NCBI GenBank assembly: GCA_934154785.1
Contig: CAKPGL010000002.1
Span: forward strand, 1,780 to 65,779
Source of the DNA: an uncultured Bacilli bacterium
GTDB lineage: Bacteria; Bacillota_I; Bacilli_A; RF39; UBA660
Length of the DNA stretch: 64,000 nucleotides
Reading direction: 5' to 3'
The translations under genes and the position numbers were made by a program. The notes under the pieces are model-generated. The model was not told the origin of the DNA. It saw only the letters and a list, made by a program, of their open reading frames with translations, and did not search any database. This document shows, piece after piece, positions 1 through 8,030 of the stretch (position 1 is the stretch's first letter; every line of letters starts with the position of its first letter).

Positions 1-24
1 TAAAATAGCTAGAATTTTTTTCAT
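1..24 (-). CDS. 5' end (first 8 codons, MKKILAIL) of a minus-strand gene that runs off the window
   Basis: ATG is the reverse complement of 22-24. An AAGGAGA RBS (reverse complement of 31-37) sits 6 nt upstream. Only 8 codons are visible. Confidence 0.3.
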
Positions 25-25
25 T

Positions 26-256
26 TTATTTCTCCTTCTTTACTGGATCATATCCACTTGTACCCCAAGGGTTACATTTTAATATTCTTTTAATTGTTAG
101 AATAGAACCTTTAATGCTTCCATATTCGTTAATAGCGTCAATACCATATTGTGAACAAGTAGGTAAGTGGCGACAAGAATGGTGCCAAGGCCCTGGTACT
201 TTTTGATAGATTTTTATTAGTCCAATTAAAACTCTTTTCATAATCATCGATATCAT
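26..256 (-). CDS. yidD: membrane protein insertion efficiency factor YidD
   Basis: 76-aa ORF with the YidD core [11 protein letters not shown]...YG...NPWG. In-frame ATGs at 256, 247 and 241 leave the exact start uncertain. Confidence 0.85.
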   Translation of the reverse strand: MISMIMKRVLIGLIKIYQKVPGPWHHSCRHLPTCSQYGIDAINEYGSIKGSILTIKRILKCNPWGTSGYDPVKKEK

Positions 257-309
257 TATACTAAATTTTAAAAAAAAAGTAAAATATGTGTACTTATATA
301 TTTAAATTT

Positions 310-318
310 TGATATAAT
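310..318 (+). promoter_or_regulatory. extended -10 promoter element upstream of rnc
   Basis: TGaTATAAT at 310-318, just upstream of the rnc RBS AGGTGA (325-330). Confidence 0.4.
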
Positions 319-335
319 GTTTACAGGTGAATTTT

Positions 336-1001
336 ATGACAGTACTAGAAAAGTTTAATATAGATACTAAACATAAATCTTTGTATGAAGAAGCATTTAC
401 GCATACTTCTTACGCTAATGAACATAACTTGGTAAGTTATGAACGTTTAGAATACTTAGGTGATGCTGTATTAGAACTTATAATGAGTGAATATTTATAT
501 AAAAATACTGAATATGAAGAAGGAATGATGACTAAGTTACGTTCACATTATGTATGTGAAAATGCCCTTTACGAGTATTCAATGCGTTTAGGTCTAAACG
601 AGTTTCTTTTGCTTGGACACGGTGAAGAAACAACTGGTGGAAGAACTAGAAAAGCTATTGTAGCGGATATATTTGAATCATTTACAGGTGCTCTTTTTTT
701 AGATCAAGGAATTAATTATGTTAAAGACTTTATTTATAAAAATGTTATTCCCCTTATTGAAAATAAGCAAGTTGAGTTTTTTAGTGATTATAAATCAATT
801 CTACAGGAGTATGTTCAAACAGATCGTCGTAGTTTAGAATATGACGTTATTGATGAAGAAGGACCTAGTCACAATAAAGTATTTACAGTAGTTGTTAAGA
901 TAGATGGTATAGTATATGGCAAAGGAGTTGCTCATTCTAAAAAAGAAGCTGAACAAGAAGCAGCTCACGATGCTCTAAAGAAGGCTCAAAATGTTAAATA
1001 A
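336..1001 (+). CDS. rnc: ribonuclease III
   Basis: Carries the RNase III signature ERLEYLGDAVLE and a C-terminal dsRBD (KKEAEQEAA). ATG 336 follows the RBS AGGTGA; the GTG at 327 in the ORF track overlaps the RBS. Confidence 0.95.
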   Translation: MTVLEKFNIDTKHKSLYEEAFTHTSYANEHNLVSYERLEYLGDAVLELIMSEYLYKNTEYEEGMMTKLRSHYVCENALYEYSMRLGLNEFLLLGHGEETTGGRTRKAIVADIFESFTGALFLDQGINYVKDFIYKNVIPLIENKQVEFFSDYKSILQEYVQTDRRSLEYDVIDEEGPSHNKVFTVVVKIDGIVYGKGVAHSKKEAEQEAAHDALKKAQNVK

Positions 1002-2238
1002 AGATATGATAGAAGATATCTTTTTTAATGAAATTATTAATGAAGCAAATAAGAGTGAAGTATCAATAATAGAAGCAGATAATCTTGAACATTTATATAA
1101 TATAGGATTTAATGCCTGTATAGAAGGTAAACTTAATTCAGGAAATATTAGTGATTCTAAACCTATTTTGATGATTAATAATAAAAAACAACTAATAAAT
1201 ATGTTAGAAGAGTATATAAATGAAGTAGATAAAACATTTAATTATTTTTCTAATTGTGAATATAAACAGAAAATAAAAGCTTATATGGCTTTTGTATGGA
1301 ATAATGCTATATACGAAGACTTTGCTAGTCCTTGTACTTATTTAAAAAAACAAATAGATTTTTTAAAAAATCCTAAGTTTGATTTAGGTACTTATAGTTA
1401 TGCTGATAACATAGATTTTTCTGCTGTAATGAATTCAAAAAATAAATCCGCTATAAATTTATTAAGTGGTAGTAGTATTGTAACTACAGTTAGAAAGCAA
1501 GGAATAAAAGCTGAAACACCATTTGTATTTGAAGTAAAGATAACTTCTAAAGATACTAGTAGTGAATATTTATTACCTAGTATTAGTTATGGAATTAGTA
1601 ATAATGAATGTTACATATACGCTATTCAAGATAAAAATAATTCTAAAGATAGTGTTTTTTCTAAGAGCGTGAATCGTATTCTTTATTCTTTAAATAGTGA
1701 TATTCTTGATAATGAAAGTTTAGATTATAAGAGTGCTAAAGAAAATAATATTGATGAATATGATAGTTATCATTTAAATAAAGATGATGAAATAATTTAT
1801 GATTACTTTCCAGAAAATATTAGTAAAGTGTCACCATCAGCGATAATTGCTTTAACTGTATTTTTAGATTCTTTATCAAATATAGGTATGGATAAAGTAA
1901 AAGTTGTATCTTGTTTACCAATTCGTTATTATGGTAAAGAAATATTTTATTTAAAGAAACATAAATATATGGTTAATAAAGATAATTTAACTAAAGAAGA
2001 AGCAAATAAATTATTATTGGAGTATAAGAAAGAACATTTAAGAATTCAGAGAAATTTATCTGAAAAATTAATTCGTAATTTCCGCCGCTTAGAGCATCAC
2101 TTTAATAATTGTTTTATATCTTCTTATCCTTTAGAATTAGATGAATACCTACATTTTAGATTTAGAGAGTTTAATTTATCTAATAATTTATTACTAAATA
2201 GTATTATAGATAGTAAAGTTGAACATAAAATAAAGTAA
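991..2238 (+). CDS. hypothetical protein (415 aa), no recognised domain
   Basis: Long uninterrupted ORF overlapping the rnc stop by 11 nt, which suggests translational coupling. N/K/I-rich. No family motif recognised. Confidence 0.6.
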   Translation: MLNKDMIEDIFFNEIINEANKSEVSIIEADNLEHLYNIGFNACIEGKLNSGNISDSKPILMINNKKQLINMLEEYINEVDKTFNYFSNCEYKQKIKAYMAFVWNNAIYEDFASPCTYLKKQIDFLKNPKFDLGTYSYADNIDFSAVMNSKNKSAINLLSGSSIVTTVRKQGIKAETPFVFEVKITSKDTSSEYLLPSISYGISNNECYIYAIQDKNNSKDSVFSKSVNRILYSLNSDILDNESLDYKSAKENNIDEYDSYHLNKDDEIIYDYFPENISKVSPSAIIALTVFLDSLSNIGMDKVKVVSCLPIRYYGKEIFYLKKHKYMVNKDNLTKEEANKLLLEYKKEHLRIQRNLSEKLIRNFRRLEHHFNNCFISSYPLELDEYLHFRFREFNLSNNLLLNSIIDSKVEHKIK

Positions 2239-2296
2239 TAATACTTGTCAAAGTATAAAAAATATTATAGAATAAAAAAACAAGGAGAGATATTAT

Positions 2297-3007
2297 ATGG
2301 GAAGAGCTTATGAAGTAAGAAAAGCTAGTATTCAAAAAACAGGTGCTGCTAGAGGTAAAATATATTCTATGTACGCTAGAGAAATATATGAAGTTGCTAA
2401 AAACGGTGGTACAGAATTAGAATCTAATGTTGCTTTAAAAAGATTAGTTGATAAGGCAAAAAAAGAACAAGTTCCAAGTGATATAATTAAAAGAGCTATT
2501 GATAAAGTAAATAGTGGTGCTGATGAAAGTTATTCAACGGTACGTTATGAATTGTTTGGCCCAAGTGGTTCTAATGTGATTGTTGATTGTTTAACTGATA
2601 ATGTTAATCGTTCTGTTAGTCTTATTAGAGCAGCATTAAATAAAACAAGTGCTAAAATGGGTGCAATGGGTAGCGTAGCATTTATGTATGATAATTTATG
2701 TATCGTAAGTTTTAAAGGTTTATCAGAAGAAGAAACTTTAGAAGCATTAATAGAAGCAGGAGTAGATGCTGATATTGAATTACAAGGTGATAGTATTGTT
2801 CTTTATGGAAAGCCATCAGATTTATACGCTATTAAAGAAGCTATTTTAGCTAAAAAGCAAGTAGAATTTGATGTTGATGAAATTTCTATGATACCTAAAG
2901 ATACAGTTAAACTTGAGGGTGAAGCATTAGAAGATTTTCAAAAACTATTAACTTTACTTGATGAAATAGAAGATGTAAATCATGTTTATCATAATGTTGA
3001 ATTATAA
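2297..3007 (+). CDS. YebC/PmpR-family (YeeN-type) DNA-binding regulatory protein
   Basis: The N-terminus MGRAYEV-K-K...RGKIY..YAREIY and the ALK..V.KAK....P.D.I.RAI pattern resemble the YeeN/YeeI subgroup of YebC. RBS AAGGAGA. Confidence 0.85.
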   Translation: MGRAYEVRKASIQKTGAARGKIYSMYAREIYEVAKNGGTELESNVALKRLVDKAKKEQVPSDIIKRAIDKVNSGADESYSTVRYELFGPSGSNVIVDCLTDNVNRSVSLIRAALNKTSAKMGAMGSVAFMYDNLCIVSFKGLSEEETLEALIEAGVDADIELQGDSIVLYGKPSDLYAIKEAILAKKQVEFDVDEISMIPKDTVKLEGEALEDFQKLLTLLDEIEDVNHVYHNVEL

Positions 3008-3110
3008 TAACTATATTTAAAAGGATCTTTAATTAATCAAAGATTCTTTTTTCTATAATTTGACATAAGAGTATTAAATGATATAATAGTACCTACAGAG
3101 GGGGATATGT

Positions 3111-3848
3111 ATGAATTTTAGTAGTCAAGAACATTTAGAATTATATTTAAAAGGATTAAAGGAACTAGGATTTGGTTCACAAGGTGTGGTATATCAAGAT
3201 AAGAAAAATAATAAAGCTATAAAAATTTATGATTTATTTTTAGATGGCGATGAAGAAGAATATATGTATGATAAGAATGAAATATTAAGATTTAATAATA
3301 TTGTTAATGATACTTATGTTTTCCCTGAAGACGTAGTATCTATTAATAATAAAGTAGTTGGATACATAAGTAAATATGTACAAGGTAAGTCTTTATATAA
3401 AATTAATCCTTTATTAATTAAATTAGATGATTTTACAAATTCTATTAACTCGGTTATAAAAGATACAGATAAATTAACTAGAGAATCAATTGCGACTTAT
3501 GATGTTATGTATAATATAATGTATATTAATAAAAAGTTTTATATAATAGATACTGATGAATATAGTTATACATTTAAGGATTTAAAACGATTATCAAAAG
3601 ATAATAATAGTAACTTTGATACTTCTATTAAATATTTCTTAGTAGATTGTTTATTCGATGAATTTGTAGAAAGTTATAAATTGTTATATGAAATGTATAA
3701 AGATGATTACTGTGATAGTATAACTTTTTTAAAAGAATTTAAAAAATTACTTAGTGAGTATAATGGTAAAGAAATAAATAAATTACATGAAGTAAAAAAT
3801 TGTACTAACAAAGAAAAAAGAATAGAAAAATTTATTCGTTACGTGTAA
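3111..3848 (+). CDS. small protein-kinase-like fold protein (245 aa)
   Basis: Kinase-like motifs in order: G-loop LGFGSQGVVY, AIK lysine (KAIKIY), hinge-like YISKYVQGKSLY, catalytic-loop-like YDVMYNIMY (D and N kept), and DFG-like IIDTDEY. RBS GAGGGGGA. Confidence 0.55.
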   Translation: MNFSSQEHLELYLKGLKELGFGSQGVVYQDKKNNKAIKIYDLFLDGDEEEYMYDKNEILRFNNIVNDTYVFPEDVVSINNKVVGYISKYVQGKSLYKINPLLIKLDDFTNSINSVIKDTDKLTRESIATYDVMYNIMYINKKFYIIDTDEYSYTFKDLKRLSKDNNSNFDTSIKYFLVDCLFDEFVESYKLLYEMYKDDYCDSITFLKEFKKLLSEYNGKEINKLHEVKNCTNKEKRIEKFIRYV

Positions 3849-3923
3849 CATAAAAGTATTATGAAATAATAAGTTCATAGTACTTTTTTTCTTATTCGTG
3901 ATATAATAAAAAAGGTGAAGGGT

Positions 3924-6185
3924 ATGAAAAGATTTAATCCTAATATAAATAATGGTTTAAGTAGTGATTTAGTTAAATATCAAATAGAAAATAATAATGT
4001 TAATATTGATACTACGGTTCCTACTAGAAGTTATAAAACTATAATATTAACTAATATTTTTACTTTATTTAATACATTAAATTTTATTTTTGCGGTAATT
4101 ATTTTCTTTACTGGTAGTTATAAAAATTTATTATTTTTAGGTACGGCATTTTGGAATACCCTTATTAGCGTTATTCAAGAAATACGTGCTAAAAGAGAAG
4201 TAGATTCTTTAAGACTATTATGTGAACCTAAAGTAACAGTGGTTAGAGATAGTAAAGAAGTTACTATTGGAATAAATGAAATAGTACTTGATGATATAAT
4301 TAAATTTAAATTAGGTAATCAAGTTATAGTAGATTCTATAATATTAGAAGGTGAAGTTTCTGTAAATGAAGCATTTATAACTGGAGAGTCAGAACCAAAG
4401 ATATATAAGAAGGGAGATATGCTTCTTTCTGGTAGTTTTATTGTAAGTGGTAGTTGTACAGCTAAAGTAGAACATATTAAGGAAGATAACTATAGTTCTA
4501 AGATTTCTAAAGAAGCTAAATATTTAAAAAAGGTTAATTCTATTTTATTAAGTTCTTTAAATAAAATTATTAAAATATTATCTATAGTTATTATACCTTT
4601 AGGAACTTTATTATTTTGCAATCAATACTTTTCATTACATAATCCTTTAAATACAGCATTAATTAATACAGTTGCGGCTTTAATTGCTATGATACCAGAA
4701 GGATTAGTTCTTCTTACTAGTACAGTACTTGCTGTTAGTGTTATTAGACTTTCTAAAGATAAAGTTTTAGTAAAGCAACTTTATTGTATAGAAACTTTAG
4801 CACGTGTAGATACAATTTGTTTTGATAAAACAGGTACTCTTACCTTAGGTGATATGAAAGTAAAAGATGTAGTTTTATTAAATAAAAGATATTCTCTAAA
4901 TAGCATTATGACAGATATTTGTGGAAATCTTAATAATGATAATGCTACAATGGAAGCATTAAAAAAGTATTTTAAGGGTGATACTTATAATAAGGCTAGT
5001 AAAATAATACAGTTTTCTTCTGATAAAAAATATAGTGGTATAGAAGTTAATGGTAATACTTATTTATTAGGAGCACCAGAATTTGTATCAGATTCTTCTA
5101 TAGATTTATCAAAGTATGAAGATTATCGTGTTTTAATGTTAGTTAAAAAAGATACCAAGAATATACCTATAGGATTAATTTTACTTGAGGATAACTTTAG
5201 AACAGATGCTAAAGAAACAATTGATTATTTTATTAATCAGGGAGTAGATATAAAAATAATATCTGGAGATAATCCTAAGACAGTAAAAAGTATTGTTAGT
5301 AGATTAGGGTTAAATATTGATAAATATGTTGATTGTAGTAAACTTAGTGATGAAGAATTAATGTCTTGTGTAGATAATACTAATATATTTGGTAGGGTTA
5401 CACCTTTTCAAAAGAAAATAATTGTTAAGAAACTACAAGAATTAGGTCATACTGTTGCTATGGTAGGTGACGGTGTAAATGATGTTTTAGCACTAAAACA
5501 GTCAGACTGTAGTATAGCTTTAGCAAGTGGTAGTACAGCTGCTTACAATGTATCAGATTTAGTATTATTAAATTCTGACTTTACTTCTATACCAAATATT
5601 GTAAAAGAAGGAAGAAGAACCATAAATAATATTGAGAAATCTGCTAGTTTATTTATAGTAAAAACAGGTTACGCTGTAATGTTAACATTTATTTTTATGA
5701 TAATTCCTTTTAATTATCCATTTATTCCAATTCAACTTACTCTTACTAGTTCTCTTACTATTGGAATACCATCTTTCTTATTAGCGTTAGAACCAAATAA
5801 TGATAAAGTATCTGGTAATTTTTTAACTAATGTATTTAAAAAAGCGTTACCAACATCTTGTATTATAGTTATTCATATTCTTGTTATAACTTTATTACCA
5901 ATACCTAGTGATCAAAAAACTACTTTATCATTAATAATGGTAGGATTTATAGGATTTACTCATATTTATAGAATATGTAAACCATTAAAACCATTTAATT
6001 TAATGATGCTAATTGTACTTATAGGTATATTTATATTTGGAATAGTAGGATTAAATGAATTATTCTCATTAACTATAATAAACTTAAGAATGTTATTAAT
6101 AATTGTTTTATTGATAATAAATAGTTTAGTAGAATTTAAAATAGTAGATACTACAAATGAGTATTTAAAGAAAAAAAATAATTAA
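3924..6185 (+). CDS. cation-transporting P-type ATPase (HAD superfamily)
   Basis: Phosphorylation motif CFDKTGTLT, TGES actuator motif (ITGESEP), hinge GDGVNDVLALKQSD, and multiple TM segments. ATG 3924 follows AAGGTGAAGG; the track start GTG 3915 lies within the RBS. Confidence 0.9.
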   Translation: MKRFNPNINNGLSSDLVKYQIENNNVNIDTTVPTRSYKTIILTNIFTLFNTLNFIFAVIIFFTGSYKNLLFLGTAFWNTLISVIQEIRAKREVDSLRLLCEPKVTVVRDSKEVTIGINEIVLDDIIKFKLGNQVIVDSIILEGEVSVNEAFITGESEPKIYKKGDMLLSGSFIVSGSCTAKVEHIKEDNYSSKISKEAKYLKKVNSILLSSLNKIIKILSIVIIPLGTLLFCNQYFSLHNPLNTALINTVAALIAMIPEGLVLLTSTVLAVSVIRLSKDKVLVKQLYCIETLARVDTICFDKTGTLTLGDMKVKDVVLLNKRYSLNSIMTDICGNLNNDNATMEALKKYFKGDTYNKASKIIQFSSDKKYSGIEVNGNTYLLGAPEFVSDSSIDLSKYEDYRVLMLVKKDTKNIPIGLILLEDNFRTDAKETIDYFINQGVDIKIISGDNPKTVKSIVSRLGLNIDKYVDCSKLSDEELMSCVDNTNIFGRVTPFQKKIIVKKLQELGHTVAMVGDGVNDVLALKQSDCSIALASGSTAAYNVSDLVLLNSDFTSIPNIVKEGRRTINNIEKSASLFIVKTGYAVMLTFIFMIIPFNYPFIPIQLTLTSSLTIGIPSFLLALEPNNDKVSGNFLTNVFKKALPTSCIIVIHILVITLLPIPSDQKTTLSLIMVGFIGFTHIYRICKPLKPFNLMMLIVLIGIFIFGIVGLNELFSLTIINLRMLLIIVLLIINSLVEFKIVDTTNEYLKKKNN

Positions 6186-6236
6186 AATAGTAGTTATTTT
6201 TTTCTTTTTATATTATAATTATACTGGTGATAGTAA

Positions 6237-7046
6237 ATGAAAAATAAGTATTTGAGTTTTTTTATTCCAATAATAATTACTTTAATTATATGTATTAGTT
6301 TTATTGTAACTGTAAATATTAGAATGGATAAATATAATAAAAGACAAGCAGAAATAGAAGAAGCAAATAAAATTAAAGAACAAGATAATCCTGTAATCAA
6401 AGAAGATACGAGAAAACCAGTAAAAAACTTATTAGCGGATAAAATTGGTGTTGGTGTTAGTTACGTGGCTCCTGATTTTAAGGCTAACAAACTTATGATA
6501 GTGGCGCATCCCGATGATGAAACTCTTTGGGGTGGTATGCACTTGATAGAGGATGATTATGCTGTTATTTGTGTAACTTGTGGTGTTGTAAAAAAAAGAG
6601 AGTTAGAATTTGCTAGTGCTATGGATTATTCTAATGATGAATACGCTATGTTAGGACATACAGATTTAAAAAATGGTTATATTAGTGATTGGACTGATGA
6701 ATATCAAGATATTGAAAAGGAACTTACGAAAATAATTGATAGTAAGAATTGGGATATCATAGTAACACACAATCCTAATGGAGAGTATGGGCATAAACAT
6801 CATAGAAAAATAAATAAAATAGTTACTAGTAATACAAATGATAAAAATAAACTTTATTATTTTGGCAAGTTTTACACTCAAAATGATATTGGTAATATTG
6901 ATTCTAGTACTGCCTTTACTGGTGAAAGACTAAATAAAAAAATAGGTATGTTAAAACTATATCCATCACAAGGATTACCTGATACTAATCCAAGATACTA
7001 TCAAATGTATCCTTATGAAAACTGGATATCTTATAATAATTGGTAA
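6237..7046 (+). CDS. PIG-L/LmbE-family deacetylase with N-terminal membrane anchor
   Basis: AHPDDETLWGG motif and later GEYGHKHH. N-terminal TM helix. RBS GGTGA. Confidence 0.8.
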   Translation: MKNKYLSFFIPIIITLIICISFIVTVNIRMDKYNKRQAEIEEANKIKEQDNPVIKEDTRKPVKNLLADKIGVGVSYVAPDFKANKLMIVAHPDDETLWGGMHLIEDDYAVICVTCGVVKKRELEFASAMDYSNDEYAMLGHTDLKNGYISDWTDEYQDIEKELTKIIDSKNWDIIVTHNPNGEYGHKHHRKINKIVTSNTNDKNKLYYFGKFYTQNDIGNIDSSTAFTGERLNKKIGMLKLYPSQGLPDTNPRYYQMYPYENWISYNNW

Positions 7047-7049
7047 TAT

Positions 7050-7078
7050 AAAACAGATAGAGGAAATCTATCTGTTTT
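7050..7078. terminator. bidirectional intrinsic terminator between convergent genes
   Basis: Stem AAAACAGATAG (7050-7060) pairs with CTATCTGTTTT (7068-7078). A-run and T-run flanks. Confidence 0.6.
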
Positions 7079-7517
7079 TAGTGTCTTTCTTACCATATAA
7101 CCAATCTAATGATACTTTATATCTTTTACATAATTCTATAGCGAATGCTGTTAAAAGTAAAGTGTTACCTTGTTCATAAGAAAATATAGTAGATGGTGTT
7201 GTATTTAAAATATCTGCTAATTTCTTTAAAGTTAAATTATTACTTTCACGTAATTCTTTTAATCTTTTCCCAACAACTTTTTTATTTATATTACATCTTT
7301 TATTATTAGGATAATTCTTTTCTTTAGATAAATTAAATAAATAATCTAAACTTACATTAAAGTGGTCTGCAATAGCGTTAGCTTTATTAATATTAGGAAT
7401 TTCTTTTTCATTTTCCCAGTTACTAATACTAACTCTGTTACCACCAATGATATTTGCAAGTTCTTGTTGCGTTAACTCATTATCTTGTCTAATATCTGCT
7501 ATTTTACTAAAATACAT
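7068..7517 (-). CDS. XRE-family transcriptional regulator with two tandem HTH domains
   Basis: Two Cro/C1-type HTH units: LTQQELANIIG..RVSISNWEN and LTLKKLADILN..PSTIFSYEQG. Each ends in SLD(Y/W)L(F/Y). RBS AGGTGA. Confidence 0.85.
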   Translation of the reverse strand: MYFSKIADIRQDNELTQQELANIIGGNRVSISNWENEKEIPNINKANAIADHFNVSLDYLFNLSKEKNYPNNKRCNINKKVVGKRLKELRESNNLTLKKLADILNTTPSTIFSYEQGNTLLLTAFAIELCKRYKVSLDWLYGKKDTKNR

Positions 7518-7605
7518 ACTATCACCTAATTAAAATCTTCTCATTTTTGAAGAAATTATTCAGATTTAGTAGGAAAATACGAATAAAATGTGATATAATG
7601 TAGTT

Positions 7606-7741
7606 AGTAAGTGAAAGAACTATCTTTTACTTACTGTATTAGAAGAATAATAATCAGTATAACCGTAATCCAAAACCACTGAAAAAAATACAGATTAACT
7701 TTATTCTTTTAATCAGGGGGCAGACATTGTCTGTCTTTTTA
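7606..7741 (+). ncRNA. candidate stand-alone structured small RNA (about 135 nt), family unknown
   Basis: Extended -10 TGaTATAAT at 7591-7599. Nested helices 7606-7612/7629-7635, 7639-7650/7701-7712 and 7652-7660/7688-7696. Ends in a hairpin plus T5 at 7718-7741. No ORF. A separate consensus promoter follows. Confidence 0.35.
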
Positions 7742-7763
7742 TGTAATTATATGTAAATTTTTC

Positions 7764-7792
7764 TTGCTAATTTATAAAAATTATTTTATAAT
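7764..7792 (+). promoter_or_regulatory. sigma-A type promoter for the leader and surface-protein operon
   Basis: TTGCTA (7764-7769), 17-nt spacer, TATAAT (7787-7792). Confidence 0.6.
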
Positions 7793-7821
7793 TGTATTGT
7801 AGTATGAGAGGCTGAAGAAGT

Positions 7822-7917
7822 ATGAATAATGATGTAATATTTACAACTAGTTTACCGGGGGGGGGGGTATTAAGTAATACTTCTCTAGATTTAATATATA
7901 TAAAAGCACAAAGATGA
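7822..7917 (+). CDS. 32-codon leader ORF containing the poly-G tract (MNNDVIFTTSLPGGGVLSNTSLDLIYIKAQR)
   Basis: ATG 7822, weak RBS (GAGG 7807-7810), and stop TGA 7915-7917 located inside the downstream terminator hairpin. It is open only at the present G11 length. Confidence 0.3.
   Translation: MNNDVIFTTSLPGGGVLSNTSLDLIYIKAQR
7857..7867 (+). repeat. G11 homopolymer (candidate slipped-strand phase-variation tract)
   Basis: Eleven consecutive G read directly at 7857-7867. It is the only long G/C homopolymer I noticed in this AT-rich window. Confidence 0.9.
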
Positions 7918-7953
7918 TTAGAAGTAATTCTAATTTGTTTTTGTGCTTTTTTG
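7902..7953 (+). terminator. intrinsic terminator / attenuator upstream of the surface-protein operon
   Basis: Outer stem AAAAGCACAAA (7902-7912) pairs with TTTGTGCTTTT (7940-7950). Inner stem ATTAGAA (7917-7923) pairs with TTCTAAT (7928-7934). T-run follows. Confidence 0.65.
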
Positions 7954-8030
7954 TATTACCTCAGTCTCAAAAAAGGAAGTGATAAAAAAGTAAAAACTAT
8001 AATTTACAAATTAAATAGAAGGAGAAAAGT

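Noticed and set aside
7805-7970. Possible long-range pairing between GAGAGGCTGAAG (7806-7817) and CCTCAGTCTC (7959-7968), which could form an alternative structure around the poly-G leader.
   Set aside because: Only short 4-bp segments pair and bulges are needed, with several mutually exclusive registers. I could not support it without a folding calculation.
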